This document shows, piece after piece, positions 22,665-32,022 of a stretch of 64,000 nt of DNA. The translations under genes and the position numbers were made by a program. The DNA comes from Leptolyngbyaceae cyanobacterium. GTDB lineage: Bacteria; Cyanobacteriota; Cyanobacteriia; Phormidesmidales; Phormidesmidaceae. Position 1 is the first letter of the stretch, and each line of letters opens with the position of its first letter. The stretch lies in assembly GCA_965263355.1 (NCBI GenBank), contig CBDHHL010000032.1, positions 1,504,001 to 1,568,000 on the forward strand, given 5' to 3'. The notes beneath the pieces are model-generated. The model was not told the origin of the DNA. It searched no databases and saw nothing but the letters and a program-made list of their open reading frames with translations.

Positions 22665-22868
22665 TTACTCAGCAGAAGAATCTTCTGGAGTATTGGTACT
22701 CTCATCAGGCTCATCAGGATCTAAGACTGAATCATCTGGTGACTCTGGAAGTACTTCCTCTGTCTCCGCAGTGGTATCTAAATCATCCTGACTTGATGAA
22801 TTACAAGCTGCTACTGGCAATAGAAACATTGTGAGCAGCAAGATTACAAGAACGAGTGAGCGTTTCAT
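22665..22868 (-). CDS. Small acidic lipoprotein
   Basis: MKR, hydrophobic stretch and VAAC lipobox; D/E-rich tail. Confidence 0.7.
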   Translation of the reverse strand: MKRSLVLVILLLTMFLLPVAACNSSSQDDLDTTAETEEVLPESPDDSVLDPDEPDESTNTPEDSSAE

Positions 22869-22949
22869 AATTTCTCAGTACCAAAATAAAAAATGAAATT
22901 GAGTTGGACAACATTATAGAAAAAATGTTGTTGCACAAGGTTTTTTCTT

Positions 22950-23150
22950 TTACTTGAAAGATGACAGCTGTCTCAAGTTGTCAGGATCTACGTAATGACA
23001 AGTGGCATTATCTTGACAAATCAAAGCCCAACCAGACGTTTCCATATCAATCAGTTGATAAATCCCGTACGGAACAAAATAGCCTTTATGGTTTCGAGTA
23101 CCCGTCTGAACTCCAAAGCTATGATCAACTTCAACATTAGCGCTAATCAT
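22950..23150 (-). CDS. Small hypothetical protein
   Basis: AAAGGAG RBS upstream of the ATG; 66 aa. Confidence 0.55.
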   Translation of the reverse strand: MISANVEVDHSFGVQTGTRNHKGYFVPYGIYQLIDMETSGWALICQDNATCHYVDPDNLRQLSSFK

Positions 23151-23386
23151 CGCATTTCTCCTTTACAGAAATGTAAATCGCCAATATCCGCAGAAATCCA
23201 GTCAAACCATCAAATAGAGACTCATTAGGCTTGGGTTGAACCAAACTTACTGATAAGGAAGCCAATAACAACTCCTCCTGTAAGCCATCTGGACCTACAA
23301 TCATGCAATAATCACTCAATTATTAGCAGCTACGGTAATCCATTTTGAAGTCGTGAATGACTTTTCTGTCTCTGTCTGAGAATATT

Positions 23387-23464
23387 TATTTAACTACCTA
23401 CAGCTTTAAGTTCCGTCTACCGTAAGGACGAATTAGAGATATGACATATCATCCGAACGGATGA
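23387..23464 (-). promoter_or_regulatory. Paired 6-4-6 boxes upstream of the small-gene cluster
   Basis: TCATCC-gaac-GGATGA (23449) and TCTACC-gtaa-GGACGA (23416), then 19 bp, then TAGTTAAATA on the minus strand. Confidence 0.6.
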
Positions 23465-23531
23465 TTACCCAGGAGAGGGACAATGTATTCTCGGTGGTGA
23501 TGGTTTGCTAAATCAACTGATAGTTAACGGT

Positions 23532-24239
23532 CTATTTGACTAGACCTGAGCGCAGGGCTTTCACAGCAGCCTGGGTGCGATCGCTGGCTGCTAGTTTGCT
23601 CAAAATATTACGTACATGGGTTTTGACCGTCCCCAGGCTTAAAAATAGCTTTTCCCCAATTTCAATATTGCTATACCCAGCCACAATTAGCTCCAGTACA
23701 TCCAATTCCCGCTTGGTCAGCTTATTCTCGCCAATAGAAACTACCTCATCCTCTGTCAGACCATGGATACTGACATCCGTTGCCACCAGAGTAGAACCAC
23801 TTTGCCGTACCTGGCTTAAAACAATTTCAGCAATCGTTGGGTCAATCCAACCATGGCCCTCAAACGTCGTGTGAATCGCTTCCACGAGCATAGGCGTTTT
23901 AATCGTTTTCACACAGTAGGAATCAGCCCCTGCCGCAAACGCCGCCAGTACCCGTTCTGGATTTTCGTGCATCGTCAAAATTAGCACTCGCGTAGCAAAT
24001 GCTGGATTCTCTGCCTGAACCTGCCGCAGCTGCTGTGTGACAGAAATCCCATCCGCATCGGGCAGATCAATATCCACAATCGCCACATCGGGCTTTAGCT
24101 CCCGCAAAAGCTTCAGACCAGTCCTGGCATTTGCCGCTTCACCGATTACTTCCAAACCTGCCTGCTGCTGCAGCGTTGTACGCAAACCAATGCGGGTCAA
24201 GTCATGGTCTTCAATAATGGCAATCCGAATGGGTGGCAT
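23532..24239 (-). CDS. NarL/LuxR-family response regulator
   Basis: IIEDHDL, VDIDLPD, LTKRELDVL...GYSNIEIG...TVKTHVRNILSKL. Confidence 0.93.
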   Translation of the reverse strand: MPPIRIAIIEDHDLTRIGLRTTLQQQAGLEVIGEAANARTGLKLLRELKPDVAIVDIDLPDADGISVTQQLRQVQAENPAFATRVLILTMHENPERVLAAFAAGADSYCVKTIKTPMLVEAIHTTFEGHGWIDPTIAEIVLSQVRQSGSTLVATDVSIHGLTEDEVVSIGENKLTKRELDVLELIVAGYSNIEIGEKLFLSLGTVKTHVRNILSKLAASDRTQAAVKALRSGLVK

Positions 24240-24435
24240 AGCAGATATCCTTTCGCTGAGCCCAGAGCTGGAATGTGGAAAATAGACCTTACGGTCGATG
24301 CACAAATAATTACACTAAGCCATAGTTTATAGGAAGTTCTAATGCTGAACCACGTCTGCCTATTTTTAACAAACTGTAGCTTTGGACGTGGATAAGGTTG
24401 ATTCAACGATAAGCAGCTACAGGAGAGAACAATCA

Positions 24436-25161
24436 ATGGCATCGGTTTTAGCAACTAGCAGCATAGAGAAAGAGAGCCCTTCAGACGATAGGACGCTTCA
24501 ACAAGCCGATCTTTCAGGCTTGTTATCCACGTTATCCGATGAACTTAGACAACCTTTGAGTATTGCCATTCAGCTATCTCAGCTATTACAGCGCCAATAT
24601 TCTGGGTCGCTATCACCCAAGCAAATGGCATTGGTGGAAACTATTTTGCAACAAAATAAGTATTTACTAAATCGTGTCGATACTTGTTTGCAGGTGGCCC
24701 AGTTAGAAACGACTAAACAGTCTCTTTTTCTTTCACCTATCGATCTCAAACAGCTACTTCCAGAAGTTGTGTCCAAGGTACGCTCCAAGTTGGAAAGTCA
24801 ATCTAATTTATTTTTTATCAATTGGAGGATGGAGCGGATGGATGTGGTTTGCGATCGCAACTACCTCGACCAATTACTGACCAAGTTATTACTTCAAATT
24901 CCTCAGCTTTCCCCAGGTACTTACCCCCTGATGGTTTTAGAGCAAACCCACAGTTGGTCCCTACGCATTTTGCTACCAGCAGCCTATCCTATTGACCAAT
25001 TACCTCTTTTAGAGATATCTGAGACAGATAACCCATGCACCTTGGAATTAGCGGCAATTAAAGCTCTGTTGACTACTTTAGCAGGCAGTATTCTAGTGCA
25101 AGCTGATGGGTCAGCCAGGTTTGTTCAACTGACATTGCCTAAAACCTTATGTATTCATTGA
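24436..25161 (+). CDS. Degenerate histidine-kinase-like protein (HisKA His replaced by Asp, eroded HATPase)
   Basis: LSDELRQPL in place of SHELRTPL; CDRNYLDQLLTKLL N-box relic; no G boxes; AGGAG RBS. Confidence 0.7.
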   Translation: MASVLATSSIEKESPSDDRTLQQADLSGLLSTLSDELRQPLSIAIQLSQLLQRQYSGSLSPKQMALVETILQQNKYLLNRVDTCLQVAQLETTKQSLFLSPIDLKQLLPEVVSKVRSKLESQSNLFFINWRMERMDVVCDRNYLDQLLTKLLLQIPQLSPGTYPLMVLEQTHSWSLRILLPAAYPIDQLPLLEISETDNPCTLELAAIKALLTTLAGSILVQADGSARFVQLTLPKTLCIH

Positions 25162-25168
25162 GATACTG

Positions 25169-25318
25169 ATGCAAACGCCTCATCATCTCGTGATCTCAGA
25201 TGTCATGATACCCGTCATGGATAGTGTTGAACTGACCCATCAAATTGCTAACACACTTGGATCCAAACATCTCAATGAAAATGTGCATTTGTTTGTACAG
25301 GTCTGTAATGGTTTTTGA
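25169..25318 (+). pseudogene. Receiver-domain fragment
   Basis: HLVISDVMIPVMDSVEL resembles the REC motif DLIISDVMMP.MDG.EL; only 49 codons. Confidence 0.5.
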
Positions 25319-25925
25319 ACAACTTTTATCAACTGCTGCTGGTAGCAACTGTTAGCAATTGCCAGAGATAGCATTGCTGAACGACTGGAAAACTATTATC
25401 TAGCCTTCAAGATGGAAAAGCCTATCATTTCTACTATTTATGTGGGCTCCCGTATTACCCTATAGTGCTTTTGGCTCAATACATTCAGCGAGTGGTTGCA
25501 AAAAATCATCCGTCGCATACCATTGTTCTTGGTAGGATACCGACTATGAACCTGAACCGATTCTTCTTCCTCACACAATGGACACCGATGCGATAATAGT
25601 AGAGCCATAACACCTCAGATAGACACATTGGTTTTAGCTAGTCTATTATCCCCTAAGCTATGTATAAAGGGGCTTTACGGAATCCCGCCATGCGGAACCA
25701 GTGCCGCAAGCACTAACTTGTCAGTACCTGATGACTAATTAGGAGTACTTACTTAGCAGCTTAAACCCGCTTGTTATGGCGTGGTGGATAAAAAATAAAG
25801 TAATCAGTGACGATAGTTAGAACAGTTGCTTGATAAGCAATTGTTATTTTTTAGATAGAAGATTATAAACGATTGAAATTGGGAACACCTGATTGCGTTA
25901 TTGTCGCTCACATCATTGGTTTACA

Positions 25926-26216
25926 TCATGGCTGGGAAGAATTGTCTGATCCCTGTTGCCAAAGGCGTTCTAGCTGTCTTAATGTGCGATATTGGTAAGA
26001 TTCACTATTTTTTCCAAAGGCATAAAAGTCATTAGAGGTTTCTATTGCATCTCTACTAGGCTGATCTGAGGATTCCGACGGCGCTGTAGAGCGAGAGGCT
26101 GTTTCGGTTGAAATAACATCTAACATGTCTACCTCGATGTATTTCAAATCAGTTGAAGAGTACATCATGGGATAAGCGGTAGCTATCGTAAATTTAGGAG
26201 AAAATTTAGAACTCAT
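25926..26216 (-). CDS. Hypothetical small protein (true start may be a downstream Met)
   Basis: 96-aa ORF in an otherwise non-coding region; no recognised family. Confidence 0.4.
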   Translation of the reverse strand: MSSKFSPKFTIATAYPMMYSSTDLKYIEVDMLDVISTETASRSTAPSESSDQPSRDAIETSNDFYAFGKNSESYQYRTLRQLERLWQQGSDNSSQP

Positions 26217-26523
26217 CGTTATTTAGCGTATTACGTGATGCAACAGACTCACTGTTGCAGCTTTTTTGACAGAAGAAATCCGGAAAAGTTCATATTTATT
26301 CAGTTTTCATCAACAGTTTATTTACTTTAAATTTTGGCGTTGACAACGTTCAAGGACTAGAAGTAGCTATCGCTGAGTTAAGAGAAAATAAATTTCAAAA
26401 AACCGGGACTATGTCCATTTCAGCTGATATTTTATAACCCTTTCAACATAAAGTTTTCAGCATTCCTGACACGGTAGTGGCTGCAGTAACGATGGACAGG
26501 TACTTATTCTTAAACGTTATATC

Positions 26524-26742
26524 TTGCAGTGACTGTTGTCTTTGATCCCCATGACATCTGTCACTATTGTTAGTTTTATAAAATTGTTAGTGGGCTTTAC
26601 ATCTAAAAACAATATTTTGCAGTGACTGATCTTTTTAGACAGTATGATACTCGTCACTTTATACCCTTGATTGACTTAACTCAAAAAGTGTGAATTTTTA
26701 CGGTGACTGTTGTCTTTGAATCTGGTGATCTCTGTCACTTTA
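26524..26742. repeat. Three imperfect 36-bp repeats GTGAC-N26-GTCAC
   Basis: Copies at 26529-26564, 26622-26657 and 26703-26738 with AT-rich gaps of 57 and 45 bp. Confidence 0.8.
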
Positions 26743-26990
26743 GTATGACTGGTTTATAGGTACCGAATATAGTTAATAACCCCTGATGCGCAGGGCACCA
26801 GGGGTGGGTTTGTTATATTAATTCGGTCTAGTGTAGAGGAGCAGTATGTCTGCTCTTTAGATATCTACAAGACCGTAAATCGGGTTTTCGGAAAAAATGA
26901 CAAACTAAACTTCGTTCACGCTCAGAACTTTAGTTTTGCCGTCAAGGAAACTCCAGGTTTCAACTTGGGCATGGTTTGGTCCACAGAATT

Positions 26991-29489
26991 TTAAGCTTGT
27001 ACCCTTATTTCTATCCTTAAGGGAGCGGTTAGGGGTTGTGGACAATGCCAGACGATTAGTGCTCGGCGAATTTGCTCGACCACATTAGGGGGCTGAGGGT
27101 CTGACGCTTTTGCATCGATCATGACTCGTTTTATTCGACCTGCTTTGATCACGAGTTCAAAGACGAGTTTTCCTGGTTGAGGGGCAACAAGTTGGAGCGT
27201 TTGGAGATACTGGTTGAGTTGTTCACGCACGTCGTCCTTAAGACCGTTTGCTTGCAGAAGATTAATTTGCACAGGTGGCAGTGGCGGCTGACTTGCACCT
27301 TCTGGAGTCCCCCTTGTGACAGTTATTGGTTTGGCAGGTGTGATCGGGAAAAATTCATCGCTGCCCTTGAGTTCCTCCATATCGTCGGCAAAACTGTCTG
27401 CATCGGCGGGTGGTTGTGCGGGCGCGATCGCATCTGCTGACATGGGGGCAACGGTCTCTAGCTCCTTAGATTTATCGACAACGCTGCGGCTAAACAGTCC
27501 GCCTAACCGACGCCCCTTTGGCGCAGCTCCTTTTTTCGCCATGGGTTTTGCCATTCGTGCTCTCATTGGCTGGATTGTACTAGCGGCAGCGCCAAACACT
27601 CCTTCATGACTGATCGCGTCCGGCATCAGCACTGGCACATTAACCGATACAGCCTCCTGAGGTTGTTCCACTCGGACCTCATCACTAACGGCAATAAAGG
27701 CGGTGTACTGTGACAATAATTGGTACGCCAGAGCGGTTTCTGTGACGGCCTCTACCCCATGGGTGGTTTCACCACTGACCATCTGATTCATCAATTCTTT
27801 GATCCATGAGCGTCCCCAAAGCTGGGCAATAGCCGGATTGCCAGTGGGTCCAAACGTGAGGTTCAAGGATTGTTCAAAGGGTGCACCACCAGCCTGAATA
27901 CCTTTAATTTTCAGTATTCCTGATTGTTTATCGAGTTTACGACCAAACAAAACTAACGGCTGTTCTGCAAATAGATCGGGAATCGCAAGGGGATAAAAAC
28001 TAGGGGATTCTCCAGGTCCCTCCCAATGGAGTGAGAGATTACCTAATACTGGATTGTTGATCTGGCTAAAGAATTTATCCACTACCTGGTCAATGGCTTC
28101 ATCATGGCGAACGATATGGCTGATGCCCCGTCCGATTTCAGCGACCCGGTTGAGTAAAAACCGATTGACTGAGCTACCGGCCCCAAAACTGTGAAGTCGG
28201 GCTGATGGATTAAGGGAACGCTGCACCTCAGCAAAAATCTGGGTTTCATTGCCAATGTATCCATCGGTTAGCAGTACGATATTGCGAATTCGTTCGGTAT
28301 CTAACTGGGGTAAGTTGAGCACCGTCTTAAAGCCTCGCAACATCTCAGTGCCACCCCCTGCCTGTAAGCGATCCACATAGGCCAGCGCCTGTTTACGATG
28401 GCGGGGGGTATTCTCCAGGGAGACTTTGGCCAACTGTTGGGTGGTATTGGCAAAGTTGACAATATTAAATGTGTCTTGGGGATGGAGCCCTGCAATAAAC
28501 CGGCGCATTAGTGCCTGACATTGGGCCAGGGGTGCCCCTGACTGGGACCCAGAGGTGTCGATTAAAAACACCATATCTTTAGGAATATAGGCAGTGGTGT
28601 CATAGTCGATGGCAGGCAGCATATAGAGGGCAAAGTGGCCACCTCGCTCATCGGCCTGGGTCAATAGGGAGGTTTGGGTGGTGGCCCCAGCCACTTGATA
28701 GCGCAGAATCAGGTCTTTATTGGGGATGGTGTCCCCAGGGGCAAGGGTAATCCGGGTTACGGTTTCCTCAGTATCGATGACGATTTGGTGGGAGGGCGAT
28801 CGCAACTGTGCCCTATGGATAGGGCCTTGCCCGATGCCTGTTTCAATCTCCACCGTTACTTGGATATCATGGCCCGACCGCATACCGGCAGGCAAAATTG
28901 GCCCATTCAGACGACTGGCATCAGGGACTAAATCTGTGTCTTGATTTAGGCTCATGGGAGCTGATGCTGACCCATGGGTGGCCTCTGTTGCAGCCGCGAT
29001 GGGATGCCCCGGAATATAGCGTGGTCCCACCACCATGGGAAAGACAAATTCGTAGGCTCCTTGTTTGTAGGGCAGTTGGTCGCTGTAGGTGATCCGGACT
29101 TCGATCTGCTCCCCTGGCAGAATATTGGCCAGGGACTGGGTAAAGATATTGGCCCGTTCCTGCTCTAGTAGGCCAGCCGTTTGCCCCATTTCTTTGGCCC
29201 GCTCATAGATGGCTTGGGCTTTTTCGCGTTTTTCGATGCGGCCTTCAATGGTGCGATCGCCCAACCGTATGACCATCGTATCGACCGCTGCTTCATCGGG
29301 TAAAGGAAACACATAGGTGGCTTCTAGCGCAGTGGTAAACGGGTTCTCAAAGGTATGGGTGATCTCAACACGGGAAATATTGCCACTGACGTTGGCCTTA
29401 ACATCCGTGTGCTTGAGGGGAAACGCCATGGGCTGCTCTACGTCTTGTACGTACAGACCGGCGGTTTTAGGAAGGGGTGTTTGAACCAT
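26991..29489 (-). CDS. VIT + von Willebrand A domain protein
   Basis: VIT motifs (LEATYVFPLP, AGLLEQER.NIF, FPMVVGPRY), MIDAS DTSGS, LLTDGYIGNE, LLSQYTAFIAV; GGAGG RBS before ATG 29489. Confidence 0.9.
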   Translation of the reverse strand: MVQTPLPKTAGLYVQDVEQPMAFPLKHTDVKANVSGNISRVEITHTFENPFTTALEATYVFPLPDEAAVDTMVIRLGDRTIEGRIEKREKAQAIYERAKEMGQTAGLLEQERANIFTQSLANILPGEQIEVRITYSDQLPYKQGAYEFVFPMVVGPRYIPGHPIAAATEATHGSASAPMSLNQDTDLVPDASRLNGPILPAGMRSGHDIQVTVEIETGIGQGPIHRAQLRSPSHQIVIDTEETVTRITLAPGDTIPNKDLILRYQVAGATTQTSLLTQADERGGHFALYMLPAIDYDTTAYIPKDMVFLIDTSGSQSGAPLAQCQALMRRFIAGLHPQDTFNIVNFANTTQQLAKVSLENTPRHRKQALAYVDRLQAGGGTEMLRGFKTVLNLPQLDTERIRNIVLLTDGYIGNETQIFAEVQRSLNPSARLHSFGAGSSVNRFLLNRVAEIGRGISHIVRHDEAIDQVVDKFFSQINNPVLGNLSLHWEGPGESPSFYPLAIPDLFAEQPLVLFGRKLDKQSGILKIKGIQAGGAPFEQSLNLTFGPTGNPAIAQLWGRSWIKELMNQMVSGETTHGVEAVTETALAYQLLSQYTAFIAVSDEVRVEQPQEAVSVNVPVLMPDAISHEGVFGAAASTIQPMRARMAKPMAKKGAAPKGRRLGGLFSRSVVDKSKELETVAPMSADAIAPAQPPADADSFADDMEELKGSDEFFPITPAKPITVTRGTPEGASQPPLPPVQINLLQANGLKDDVREQLNQYLQTLQLVAPQPGKLVFELVIKAGRIKRVMIDAKASDPQPPNVVEQIRRALIVWHCPQPLTAPLRIEIRVQA

Positions 29490-29680
29490 GGGTGAGACCT
29501 CCAGGGGGTGAACTGATTCAAGCGTAGGCTTGCCAGCCAGCAAAATGTGTTCAGTTTTAGGCTCAGTAAATTGATTCAGTTTAAGAATGGGGAATGGGCT
29601 GTAGGGTGAGCACATTCCTTGGGTAATGCTTAATGCTCGATGGATAATATCCTGTGCCCACCCTAGTTAGGTAAATCACA

Positions 29681-31159
29681 ATGGGGCAATCCGTAAGAGC
29701 GTCAGAAAAGGGGCTTGCGATCGCAAACCAGGCCCGTCAACGCCGAGGCTGGACCAAAACCAGCACTGCCCGCTGGTGGCAAGATGCCCATACATCCAGG
29801 GCTACCCTACGACGCTTTTGGCGGGGTGAACGGATCCAACAAGACACCTTTATTGCCATTTGTCACACCGTCGGTCTTGATGATTGGCAAGCCATAGCCG
29901 AGCTATCCGCTGATGAATTTAAGCATGAGCCAGGGTTGCAACCAGTTCAAATTGATTGGGGAGAGGCTCCCGACATTGAACAATTTTATGGTCGTGGGCA
30001 AGAGCTGCAACAACTACAGACCTGGATACTGACAGAAGCAGCAAAGTTGATCACCATTAGCGGTTTAGGAGGGAACGGTAAAACCACCCTGGCCTTAGCC
30101 CTAGCCGAACAACTACAACCAGAATTTGAAGGCATCATCTGGCGTTCATTGAGTACGCTGTCGTCTCTCCATAGACTACTCACTGACTTAATTGATGCAC
30201 CGGTAGAAACTGTTGATCAAGGCGTGCGGCAGCTGCTGCAAAAGATGCAGAACCGCTGGCTAATTGTTTTAGACGATATCGATGTCGATCAGCCTGAACC
30301 TTACTTAGAGTTTCTCCATCGAATTTCTCATTCTCGTCATCGAAGTTGTGTACTGGTTATTAGTCGCCAGCCCTTACCCGCTCAATTTCAAGTCTTAAAT
30401 CGAGCCCAACAGTTATCACTCTCTGGGTTATCTGCCGATGCTGCAGCTCAGCTGTTGCAAGCCTATGGATGTAGTGGTCAACTCTATCAGCTGAAAACCC
30501 TGGCCCGCATCTACGGCTATAGCCCCCTGGCACTAAAGTTAGTGGCTGCTACAATTCAAACGGTTTTTGGAGGGCAGATAGCCACCTTTTTAGCGCAAGA
30601 AACCGTTATTCTGCCAGATCCCATAGGCGCACTCTTCAAACAACAGTTTGAGCAGCTTGAGCCCTTCGAAACAACCTTGATTTTTTGGTTAGCTATTTGG
30701 CAAGAACCCATCTCTTTATGTCGGTTAAAAACTCACTTGCTCAATGCCAATTCGGCGGAGATAATGGCTGGCATCTCTAGACTAGTACACTGTTCTTTAG
30801 TCACCCGACATTTTCTATCAGATCAGCCATCGTTTAGTCTTCAACCCATGGTGATGGCTTGGGCAGTTGATGAGCTAGTTGCCCTGATTATGCACGAGCT
30901 AGCTCAGGGGCAAGAACACCAAACGATTCAGAATTTTCACCTGCTGAGAAGTCACTGTCTGATCCGCCCTGGTACGGATGATATTCTGGGTGATCGAATC
31001 CTAACTACTTTGCGAGAAAGCTATCAGACAAAAGATTTTCAGCCGTTGTCAAGTTTTATGGATAGCTGGCTTCAGCAAGCTAAACAAGAGCCGCCAAACA
31101 GGCTGGGTTATCTGGCGTTTAATTTAACAATCCTCAAAAATATGCTAGTAAATAGCTAA
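29681..31159 (+). CDS. N-terminal HTH + NB-ARC (STAND) ATPase without C-terminal repeats
   Basis: SRATLRRFWRGERI HTH, DWGEAP..FYGR, Walker A GLGGNGKT, Walker B LIVLDD, PLALKL. Confidence 0.85.
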   Translation: MGQSVRASEKGLAIANQARQRRGWTKTSTARWWQDAHTSRATLRRFWRGERIQQDTFIAICHTVGLDDWQAIAELSADEFKHEPGLQPVQIDWGEAPDIEQFYGRGQELQQLQTWILTEAAKLITISGLGGNGKTTLALALAEQLQPEFEGIIWRSLSTLSSLHRLLTDLIDAPVETVDQGVRQLLQKMQNRWLIVLDDIDVDQPEPYLEFLHRISHSRHRSCVLVISRQPLPAQFQVLNRAQQLSLSGLSADAAAQLLQAYGCSGQLYQLKTLARIYGYSPLALKLVAATIQTVFGGQIATFLAQETVILPDPIGALFKQQFEQLEPFETTLIFWLAIWQEPISLCRLKTHLLNANSAEIMAGISRLVHCSLVTRHFLSDQPSFSLQPMVMAWAVDELVALIMHELAQGQEHQTIQNFHLLRSHCLIRPGTDDILGDRILTTLRESYQTKDFQPLSSFMDSWLQQAKQEPPNRLGYLAFNLTILKNMLVNS

Positions 31160-31268
31160 TAATGCCAAATCCGAATTCATTAAACCCGATTAAAAATGGA
31201 CAATCCTGTAGGGGCACTCCCTTGTGGTTGCTCTGCGATATGCTAGCAGCTGCAAGTCCCTAAGATTT

Positions 31269-31309
31269 AAATAACCCCCTATGCACAACATATGCACAGG
31301 GGGCTATTT
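31269..31309. terminator. Probable bidirectional terminator between convergent genes
   Basis: AAATAACCCCCT...AGGGGGCTATTT. Confidence 0.55.
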
Positions 31310-31346
31310 ACAGGCTAAATATGATGATTTGGCCTTAAACGTGAAA

Positions 31347-31907
31347 CTAAGCAGCGTGCTTTTGGCGCTTAGCTACAGCTACAGTGCCAGCTAGAGTCAA
31401 AAGACCTAGCAGAGTAGCAGGCTCAGGAACGGGAATCGGCTCAGCTACTGCAACACCATCAGAAACAGCTACATCACCAGTAGTAGAACCGGTAACGAAA
31501 CCAGATGCGAAGGTATCAACAAACAGGAAGTCAAGGTCGATAACAGCAGAATCAGAACCGTAAACGCCTTCAGAAGCATCATCGCCAGGGACGTTAGCAG
31601 TACCATCAACGAAGAAACCAGCGGGACCAAAAAATGTTTGAATCTCACCACCTTCATCAGAGGAGATAGACACAGCGTCTACTTCGCTGTTACCGCTCCA
31701 GTTCCATGCCCAATCTTCAAATTCATCAGTGGATACATAACCGTCAGCAGCGGCAGCAGCATCAGCGATGAAAAAACCATCGATGGAAGCACCATCAGCA
31801 AAGAAATCAGTATAGTTAACGTTCCACTGGAATAGTGCGGCTTGAGCAGGGGCTGCAAAAGCGGCTACCCCAAGTGCTGCACCTGCAGCCAAAAGAATCT
31901 GTTTCAT
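31347..31907 (-). CDS. PEP-CTERM sorting-domain surface protein
   Basis: Signal peptide ending APAQA; C-terminal VPEPATLLGLL followed by basic KRQK. Confidence 0.9.
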   Translation of the reverse strand: MKQILLAAGAALGVAAFAAPAQAALFQWNVNYTDFFADGASIDGFFIADAAAAADGYVSTDEFEDWAWNWSGNSEVDAVSISSDEGGEIQTFFGPAGFFVDGTANVPGDDASEGVYGSDSAVIDLDFLFVDTFASGFVTGSTTGDVAVSDGVAVAEPIPVPEPATLLGLLTLAGTVAVAKRQKHAA

Positions 31908-32022
31908 AACTCTACGCTATTGATGAAAGGAAATAAATGATGAAAAAAACCTGCGTCATGCCCCCCAAGAAATGCCCCACTGCGGCTTGAAATTGCTGAG
32001 CCACAGTGGAACAAATCAAGGA

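Noticed and set aside
25320..25900. Possible further gene relics
   Set aside because: Only short interrupted frames that I could not assign to any family
26529..26738. CRISPR array
   Set aside because: Only three degenerate repeats, unequal 57- and 45-bp AT-rich gaps, and no cas genes; kept as an unexplained repeat
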